DNA of 64,000 nt from Candidatus Magasanikiibacteriota bacterium (GTDB lineage: Bacteria; Patescibacteriota; Patescibacteriia; Magasanikbacterales; GWA2-37-8), in assembly GCA_943359595.1 (NCBI GenBank), contig CALRIA010000001.1:11654-75653 (forward strand). The letters are read 5' to 3'. The translations under genes and the position numbers were made by a program. Positions 57,619-64,000 of the stretch are shown here, in pieces. Under the pieces are notes generated by a model. The model was not told where the DNA came from. It was given only the letters and a program-made list of their open reading frames with translations, and did not search any database. The stretch's first letter is position 1, and each line of letters starts with the position of its first letter.

Positions 57619-58317
57619 ATGAAAAATAAAGAATTGAGCATAATAATCCCAGCTTATTTGGAAGAAGAAAACTTAAAAATTATTCTACCACGTCTTAAAG
57701 ACGTGTTAAAAACAATAAGTGATAATTGTGAAATTTTAGTTGTTGATACTATTGAACCTAAGGATAATACAAAGAAAGTATGTAACGATAACGAAGCAAT
57801 TTATGTTAATAGAACTGGAGGTAATGATTATGGAGATGCGATCAGAACTGGGATTAAAAGTGTTAATGGTGAGTATACTATTTTTATGGATGCGGATGGT
57901 TCACATGATCCCGAATTTGTTAAAGTTTTATATGATAATAAAGAAAACCAAGATGTTGTCGTTGCTTCAAGATATATAAAAGGTGGTAATACAGAAAATA
58001 GTAAAATCTTGATTTTTATGAGTTTGATAGTTAATGTTATATATTCTTTAGTGTTGGGGATTAAATGTAATGATATTTCCAATAGTTTCAAATTATATAA
58101 AACAGCAGACTTAAAAGATTTGAAGTTAAATTGCAATAATTTTGATGTGGTTGAAGAAATAATATTTAAATTAAAAAAGAAAAAAAAGATTTTAAAAATA
58201 AAGGAAATTCCTTTTCTTTTTAAAAAAAGGATGTTTGGTAATACAAAAAGGAATTTATTTTTATTTATGTTGTCGTATATTGTTACTATTATTAAATTGC
58301 GATTTATCAAAGAATGA
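57619..58317 (+). CDS. Dolichol/polyprenol-phosphate glycosyltransferase-like GT2
   Basis: IPAYLEEEN, YGDAIRTG, MDADGSH.P, ASRYIKGG. Confidence 0.87.
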   Translation: MKNKELSIIIPAYLEEENLKIILPRLKDVLKTISDNCEILVVDTIEPKDNTKKVCNDNEAIYVNRTGGNDYGDAIRTGIKSVNGEYTIFMDADGSHDPEFVKVLYDNKENQDVVVASRYIKGGNTENSKILIFMSLIVNVIYSLVLGIKCNDISNSFKLYKTADLKDLKLNCNNFDVVEEIIFKLKKKKKILKIKEIPFLFKKRMFGNTKRNLFLFMLSYIVTIIKLRFIKE

Positions 58318-58341
58318 TAAATATTTATTAATATTATTTTT

Positions 58342-59610
58342 ATGAAAATATTGCTGAATAATAAAATTATTGAAAATTTTAAAAAATTGATTAAGCCGGT
58401 TTGTTTATTTTATGCCGTTGTTGCTTCTTTTCTAGTAGCGAATTTTCCAACAGTAAAATTCGCTTATGCTTTAAATATTAGCAGGGACAATGCTGTGTTA
58501 ATGCGCGGATTTATCTTTTTTATCGCTATAATTATTTTATTTTATTTTACTTTCAAAAATTTTTATAAATTAAAAGAATATTTGCTATGGGATGTATTTT
58601 TTCGTTCTGTAGCCGTCTTTTTATTTTTAGCAATCCTAGTTTCTACCCTGCGAGCTACTTATATGGGAGAAGTGTATGCAAACATTTCTTTATCACCTTT
58701 TGACCAAGATGTTGGTTTTTTTTATAGAAGAATATTGGAACCGGCAGTAGCATTTTTTTTACAATTAAAAGGTCAATTTTTGTATAGTTGCTTGCATTTT
58801 TTGATTACTTTTTCATCTATTTACATGATTATTTTGTGGTTAGAGAAAAAAGTATTGGTAAATTTTAAAATTTGGCAGTTGGTGAGTATAATGACGGCTG
58901 GAATGATAATACATCAATTTGAGGCGCCTGGTTATCCGGATCAGATAATTTTATTGCTAGCTTTATTGTCGTTCTTTGTTCCACTTAATAAATATGGAAG
59001 AATTAGTCTGTTGGCATTAATGTTTTTATCTCATGAGTCTGCAGCATTATTTCTTGGTTTTATTTTTAGCTGGTTTTATTTTCCTAAGGAAGAACGTTGG
59101 TATTACTTTTTATTACCGGTTAGCTATTATTTTTTATGGTTAGTCAATTATGATTTTAATTTTACCAATTTATTTTTGGGTCACTTATCATTAACTAATG
59201 AAAATGCTATAACTTTATTTTTTAAAAATATTAATTTAGCAGTACTGTCGGTATTTTTTGCCTATAAATTTTTGTGGATTTTGGTATTTATTGGTTGTTA
59301 TTTTTATTTTAAAGAAAAAAATTATAAACTCTTTTATCAAATCATTGTGATGGTTTTTGCTCCATTGGCACTTGTTATAGTTCCAGACACTTCTCGCGTT
59401 GTGGCTTGGGGTAATATTGGTGTTTTTTTAGCAATCGCTTGTTCTTCCAAACATTTAAGCGCTAGGGCATTTAATTTAATTTTAGTGTTAAATCTATTGT
59501 TACCTAGTGTTGCTGTTGGCACAGCTAGTGGTGGAGCTGTTTCTTATGCTGGTTTGTATGGTTTTGTAATTTATTTGTTTAAGTTATTGGTCAAGAATTA
59601 TTTAATGTAG
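58342..59610 (+). CDS. Polytopic membrane protein, possibly GT-C glycosyltransferase
   Basis: ~10 TM; YRRIL.P, YPD, HES, DTSR motifs; follows polyprenol-P GT2. Confidence 0.55.
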   Translation: MKILLNNKIIENFKKLIKPVCLFYAVVASFLVANFPTVKFAYALNISRDNAVLMRGFIFFIAIIILFYFTFKNFYKLKEYLLWDVFFRSVAVFLFLAILVSTLRATYMGEVYANISLSPFDQDVGFFYRRILEPAVAFFLQLKGQFLYSCLHFLITFSSIYMIILWLEKKVLVNFKIWQLVSIMTAGMIIHQFEAPGYPDQIILLLALLSFFVPLNKYGRISLLALMFLSHESAALFLGFIFSWFYFPKEERWYYFLLPVSYYFLWLVNYDFNFTNLFLGHLSLTNENAITLFFKNINLAVLSVFFAYKFLWILVFIGCYFYFKEKNYKLFYQIIVMVFAPLALVIVPDTSRVVAWGNIGVFLAIACSSKHLSARAFNLILVLNLLLPSVAVGTASGGAVSYAGLYGFVIYLFKLLVKNYLM

Positions 59611-59624
59611 GTATAATTAATTTT

Positions 59625-60476
59625 ATGATAATAACAAAAATAAAATGCGGACTAGGGAATCAAATGTTTCAATATGCACTTGGCAAACGCTTGTCTTTGG
59701 ATTGGCACGATGAATTAAAGGTTGATCTAGCTTGGTTTAAAAATATTAAAGCTGGTGACATACCAAGAGATCTAGAAATTAATAGTTTTAACGTTGTTTT
59801 AAACGAAGCCAGTGAAACGGAGATTTATCGTTCAACGCCGTCCATTTTTTTTAGGGCGGTTGATAGAATTCTTGGACGTTTAAACAGAAATCATTTTTAT
59901 CGCTTTTACCCACAATTGTTAAGAAAGAAAAAAAATGTATATTTAGACGGGTATTATCAGAATTATAGATATTTTGAATCAATTAGAAATGTGTTATTAT
60001 CTGAATTTATATTAAAATTTGGATATAATCAAATAGTTGATGAAATAAAATCAAAAATTGAAATGGCTGGTGAATCGGTGGCTATTCATATTCGTCGCGG
60101 CGATTTTGCTACCACACGCAAAGGATATAACGGTCTTTGCGATTTGGCTTATTATCAAAAAGCACTGGATGTAATAAATAATAAATATTCAGAAGTTAAG
60201 TTGTTCGTTTTTTCTGATGATATTGAATGGGCTAAATTAAATTTAAAATTTTCTAGTCCGATGGTGTTTGTTTCTCGGCCTATTTTGAAACCAGCCGAAG
60301 AGTTATTTTTAATGAGTTTGTGTAAGCATCAAATTATTGCCAATAGTACGTTTAGCTGGTGGGCGGCGTGGCTAAATAAAAATTCTCAAAAAATTATTGT
60401 GTCTCCTAGCGTTTGGTTGGTGGCTCAAGATATTAACATTGATTATTTGTTGCCACCAGATTGGGTAAGATTGTAA
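59625..60476 (+). CDS. Alpha-1,2-fucosyltransferase-like (GT11)
   Basis: GLGNQMFQYA, GYYQ, HIRRGD, FSDDIEW, IIANSTFSWW. Confidence 0.93.
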   Translation: MIITKIKCGLGNQMFQYALGKRLSLDWHDELKVDLAWFKNIKAGDIPRDLEINSFNVVLNEASETEIYRSTPSIFFRAVDRILGRLNRNHFYRFYPQLLRKKKNVYLDGYYQNYRYFESIRNVLLSEFILKFGYNQIVDEIKSKIEMAGESVAIHIRRGDFATTRKGYNGLCDLAYYQKALDVINNKYSEVKLFVFSDDIEWAKLNLKFSSPMVFVSRPILKPAEELFLMSLCKHQIIANSTFSWWAAWLNKNSQKIIVSPSVWLVAQDINIDYLLPPDWVRL

Positions 60477-60508
60477 ATTGAATATAATTTATTGGTTAAT
60501 AAAAAATT

Positions 60509-61285
60509 ATGCCAAAAATTAGTGTTGTAATCATAACTTATAATCGAGCTCCATATATTTGTGCTGCAATTGATAGTGTTGTTTGCCAAACTAATTCAGA
60601 TTGGGAGTTGTTAATTATTGATGATGCTTCAACCGATAATACAAAGTTGTTGATTGATAGTTATATTAATCGTGATTCTAGAATTAAATATATTAAAAAT
60701 CTTAATAATATTGGAATTAGTGCGTCACGTAATAAAGCTCTGCACGCAACTAGTGGAAAGTATGTGGCTATTCTGGACAGTGATGATATTTGGGCGGATG
60801 AAGAAAAACTACAAAAACAATGTAACTTTCTTGAAAATAATGTGGAATATGTAGTAGTTGGCGGGGCTGTGATAGTCTTAAATGAAAGAGGGGCTGTGAT
60901 ATTTCATTATAAAAATCCAATCACTGATATGGCAATCAGAAAAATAATATTATTACGGAATCCTTTTATAAATTCATCGGTCATGTTTGTTAGAGAAGTG
61001 GCTATAAAATGTGGTGGGTATGAAGATTATGTGGTAGGTGAAGATTATGATTTATTTTTAAAAATGGGACAACTTGGTAAAATGTACAATTTAAACGATT
61101 TTCTGGTTAGATATAGAAAGCATGATGCAGGAATTACCTGGTCTAAACGGGTTCGGGCGGCGCAAGATCATTTGGACATAATTAATAAATTTAAACAGGC
61201 ATATCCCAATTATTTTTTTGCTTTGATTAAAGGGTATGTGAGATTATTTTTGGCTAAATTTTTGTTTTGTAGTGATCATTGTTAA
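60509..61285 (+). CDS. Glycosyltransferase family 2
   Basis: ITYNR, IDDASTD, LDSDD, EDYDL. Confidence 0.92.
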   Translation: MPKISVVIITYNRAPYICAAIDSVVCQTNSDWELLIIDDASTDNTKLLIDSYINRDSRIKYIKNLNNIGISASRNKALHATSGKYVAILDSDDIWADEEKLQKQCNFLENNVEYVVVGGAVIVLNERGAVIFHYKNPITDMAIRKIILLRNPFINSSVMFVREVAIKCGGYEDYVVGEDYDLFLKMGQLGKMYNLNDFLVRYRKHDAGITWSKRVRAAQDHLDIINKFKQAYPNYFFALIKGYVRLFLAKFLFCSDHC

Positions 61286-61286
61286 T

Positions 61287-62390
61287 ATGAAAATATTATA
61301 TTTAATAACTAAATCAGAGATTGGTGGCGCCCAAACGCATGTAGGGCAGTTGGTTAAATTTTTTGTTCAAAATAACCACGAAGTCGTCGTGATGAGTCTG
61401 CCGGGTGGTTGGCTAGAAAATGAGGTAAAAAATATAGGGGCAAAGTTTGTTCCTAATATTTATTTTTCTAATAATTTAAATCCTGTTCGTTTTTTTTATG
61501 CAATTAGAATTATCAAAGAATTGGTCGAGGAGTTTAAGCCTGATTTAGTGGCTTGCCACAGCACTGCCGCAGGTTTTATTGGAAGAATCACAATTAGAAA
61601 TAGCGTGCCGACAATTTATACTGCTCACGGTTGGTCCTTTGAACCAGGTACACCTTTTTGGCGAAGGTTTCCGGGGATTTTGGCAGAAAAGTATGCCGCT
61701 AATTTTTGTAAAAAAATTATTTGTGTTTCAAAGAACACTCGTCGTATTGGCATAAAATTTAGAATTGCCAACCAAGATAAAATGGTGGTAATTTATAATG
61801 GTATTGAAAAATCAGATCTACAGAAGAATGTTGAAAACAGTAAACTTAAAATAATTTTTGTAGGAAGATTTTCAAAGCAAAAAAATCCAGAATTATTAAT
61901 AAGGGCGGCATCACGCTTACCAAATAATTTATTAAAACAAATTGAAATATTATTAATTGGTAATGGTCAAAAGACATATTTGATTAATAATTTAATCAAA
62001 CTAAATAAAAATTTATTTGTTAAAATTTTCCCAAGCGTTAACCGTGATGGTATAATTCAATTGTTACAAGATTCAGACATATTTGTACTTTCTACCAATT
62101 GGGAGGGGCTTCCTTATTCAATCTTGGAGGCCATGAGCGTTGGTTTGCCGGTGATAGCTACGGACGTTGGTGGAATAAATGAATTAGTAGACAGTAGTTG
62201 TGGTTTTTTGATAGAACGTGGTGATGTGGAGGGGCTGCAAAAGGCATTAGTCAATCTAATTTTAGATAAGGAGTTGAGGAAAAAAATGGGTGAAAATGCA
62301 AAAAAAATTATTGAAGATAAATTTTCTATGGATAAAATGCTGTTAGAAACAGAAAAAGTTTATAATGCAGTAATGAAAAATAAAATATGA
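61287..62390 (+). CDS. Glycosyltransferase family 4
   Basis: GGAQ, YTAHG, IYNG, GRFSKQKN, EGLPYSILEAM..GLPVIATDVGG. Confidence 0.93.
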   Translation: MKILYLITKSEIGGAQTHVGQLVKFFVQNNHEVVVMSLPGGWLENEVKNIGAKFVPNIYFSNNLNPVRFFYAIRIIKELVEEFKPDLVACHSTAAGFIGRITIRNSVPTIYTAHGWSFEPGTPFWRRFPGILAEKYAANFCKKIICVSKNTRRIGIKFRIANQDKMVVIYNGIEKSDLQKNVENSKLKIIFVGRFSKQKNPELLIRAASRLPNNLLKQIEILLIGNGQKTYLINNLIKLNKNLFVKIFPSVNRDGIIQLLQDSDIFVLSTNWEGLPYSILEAMSVGLPVIATDVGGINELVDSSCGFLIERGDVEGLQKALVNLILDKELRKKMGENAKKIIEDKFSMDKMLLETEKVYNAVMKNKI

Positions 62391-63790
62391 AATTACTTTA
62401 CCTGGGTGCCGGTTTTGTCGGAACATGTTCTGCAGCAGTAATGGCTGATAGTGGTCATGATATTTTGATTTATGATATTGATCAAATAAAAATTAAAATG
62501 CTTGGCTCTGGCGATCGTGATTTGATCCAGAATTGTCTGTTTGAAGATGGGTTAGGTGATCTGTTGGTTCAAAATAAAGATCAAATAAAATTTTCTTCTG
62601 ATTATAATGACGTAGTAAAAAATCTGGATACATTAGATGCCGTCTTTATGTGTCTACCAACTCCAGAAAAGAAAGGTTCAAAAGGAGAATCTGACTTGTC
62701 TTATTATTATTTGGCCGCCGAAGAATTAGCTAAAAATTTAGCCAAAAGAAATGGTGAGGCACAAAATAAATATATAGTGATAATTAATAAAAGTACCGTG
62801 CCGATTGAAATGATTGATGAGACGGAAAAAATAATGAAAAAACATGGCGTCAAAAATTTTGGTTTAGCTTCTAACCCAGAATTTTTGGTAGAAGGCAAGG
62901 CAATTTATGGTTCTTTGAAACCAGATCGCATTGTTATTGGGGCTTGGACTGAGGAAGATTTTAAAATTATTCGTAATATCTACCAGAGATTTTATTCTTC
63001 ACCAACAGTAAAATATATTGAAGTCAATCCTAAAGAAGCGGCCGCTGGAAAACTATTGGCTAATTATTATTTATTTAGTAAGTTAGCGATTTGTTACGAT
63101 GTGATTGGCCGCACTTGTGAGACGTTTGATAATTTGCAATTTGAAAATTTAAGAAAAATTATTAGTACTGATCCTCGTCTAGGTAGTTGGGGGTTATTTG
63201 ATAGTTTTTTTGCTGGCGGTAGTTGCTTTATTAAAGATACTGCTTCGTTGGCCTATCAATTGGAGGAAAAGGGTGTGGACGTATCCTATATTAAGGAAAG
63301 TTTGCGTATAAATAATTTCCAATGTGATAATTTCTATAATCGCGCTGGTAGCGAAGCCCAATTTAGTTTTAAAAATAAAGCAGTAGCGATTTTGGGCGTG
63401 GCTTTTAAAAGAGATACTAATGATGTGCGTAATTCTGGAGCGATAGAAATAGTTAATAAGTTGTTAGATGATCAAGTAAAAGAAATAAAAATTTATGATC
63501 CAGCTGCTATGTGGATGTTTAAAAAAGTTTTTGATGTCGAGAAAGATTCGCGATACAAGGTCATTAATTATTATAATTCTGAAAAAGATTCTTTGTCTGG
63601 AACAAGTGCTTGTATGATTTTAACTGATTGGCCAAAATTTAGAGAAATTGGCAGCGTTATTAAACAAAAATGCCCCGCTCCATATTTAATTATGGATGGT
63701 CGTCGAATGCTGTCGGCTCAATTTGATGAATTACAGAATTTAGGTTATGATATCATCGCAGTCGGTAGTCCATTTTTAAAAGGAAAATAA
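62387..63790 (+). CDS. ugd: UDP-glucose/GDP-mannose 6-dehydrogenase
   Basis: [46 protein letters not shown]. Confidence 0.88.
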   Translation: MKLLYLGAGFVGTCSAAVMADSGHDILIYDIDQIKIKMLGSGDRDLIQNCLFEDGLGDLLVQNKDQIKFSSDYNDVVKNLDTLDAVFMCLPTPEKKGSKGESDLSYYYLAAEELAKNLAKRNGEAQNKYIVIINKSTVPIEMIDETEKIMKKHGVKNFGLASNPEFLVEGKAIYGSLKPDRIVIGAWTEEDFKIIRNIYQRFYSSPTVKYIEVNPKEAAAGKLLANYYLFSKLAICYDVIGRTCETFDNLQFENLRKIISTDPRLGSWGLFDSFFAGGSCFIKDTASLAYQLEEKGVDVSYIKESLRINNFQCDNFYNRAGSEAQFSFKNKAVAILGVAFKRDTNDVRNSGAIEIVNKLLDDQVKEIKIYDPAAMWMFKKVFDVEKDSRYKVINYYNSEKDSLSGTSACMILTDWPKFREIGSVIKQKCPAPYLIMDGRRMLSAQFDELQNLGYDIIAVGSPFLKGK

Positions 63791-63795
63791 AATAT

Positions 63796-64000
63796 ATGTC
63801 AAAATTAGTAGTTACTGGCGGAGCCGGATTTATCGGCTCACATTTAGTAGATAGATTAATCGAACTTGGTCATCAGGTTGTGGTGATTGATAATTTATTG
63901 CTAGGTAAAAAAAGTTTTGTAAATAAAAAAGCAAAATTTATTAAGGCAGATATTAGAGATTTTAATAAAATTAAAAAATGTTTTTCTGGTGCTGAAGCAA
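63796..64000 (+). CDS. NAD-dependent epimerase/dehydratase (GalE-like), truncated by window end
   Basis: [34 protein letters not shown]. Confidence 0.85.
   Translation, partial: MSKLVVTGGAGFIGSHLVDRLIELGHQVVVIDNLLLGKKSFVNKKAKFIKADIRDFNKIKKCFSGAEA

Noticed and set aside
1-64000. Alternative genetic code (TGA=Gly/Trp), CRISPR arrays, DGR, IS elements
   Set aside because: TGA ends complete genes (e.g. 10225, 23251, 58317) and conserved enzymes are uninterrupted; no spaced repeats, reverse transcriptase or transposase ORFs seen.

Overview
AT-rich (about 30-35% GC by eye), code-11 bacterial window. Most genes lack a Shine-Dalgarno (SD) motif, and the gene families suggest a Patescibacteria/CPR (Parcubacteria-like) genome; this assignment is inference. 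The left ~16 kb holds envelope and housekeeping genes: GT4, two glycoside hydrolase-like proteins, EamA, tRNA-Val(TAC), an amino-acid permease, metK, two paralogous coiled-coil proteins, an HTH protein, and an ECF sigma factor with a DUF5667 partner. Four isolated GC-rich genes are interspersed among them: an M48-like lipoprotein, a 77-aa orphan, udp and a 2OG-Fe(II) oxygenase. Each has its own promoter, a 5' hairpin and the same 3' layout (hairpin, long AT-tipped hairpin, terminator), and three have an SD. This recurring architecture is the main novel candidate. From 16.5 kb a 1261-aa S-layer-like gene and an O-antigen-ligase/TPR gene head a >43-kb co-oriented glycan locus that runs off the right edge. 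It includes GDP-fucose and GDP-mannose epimerase genes, a CDP-3,6-dideoxyhexose route (paratose/tyvelose), an acyl-branched sugar module (YerE-like, DmpFG-like, split transketolase), a C-methyl sugar module, a flippase, and many glycosyl- and methyltransferases. No CRISPR array, rRNA or transposase was seen.
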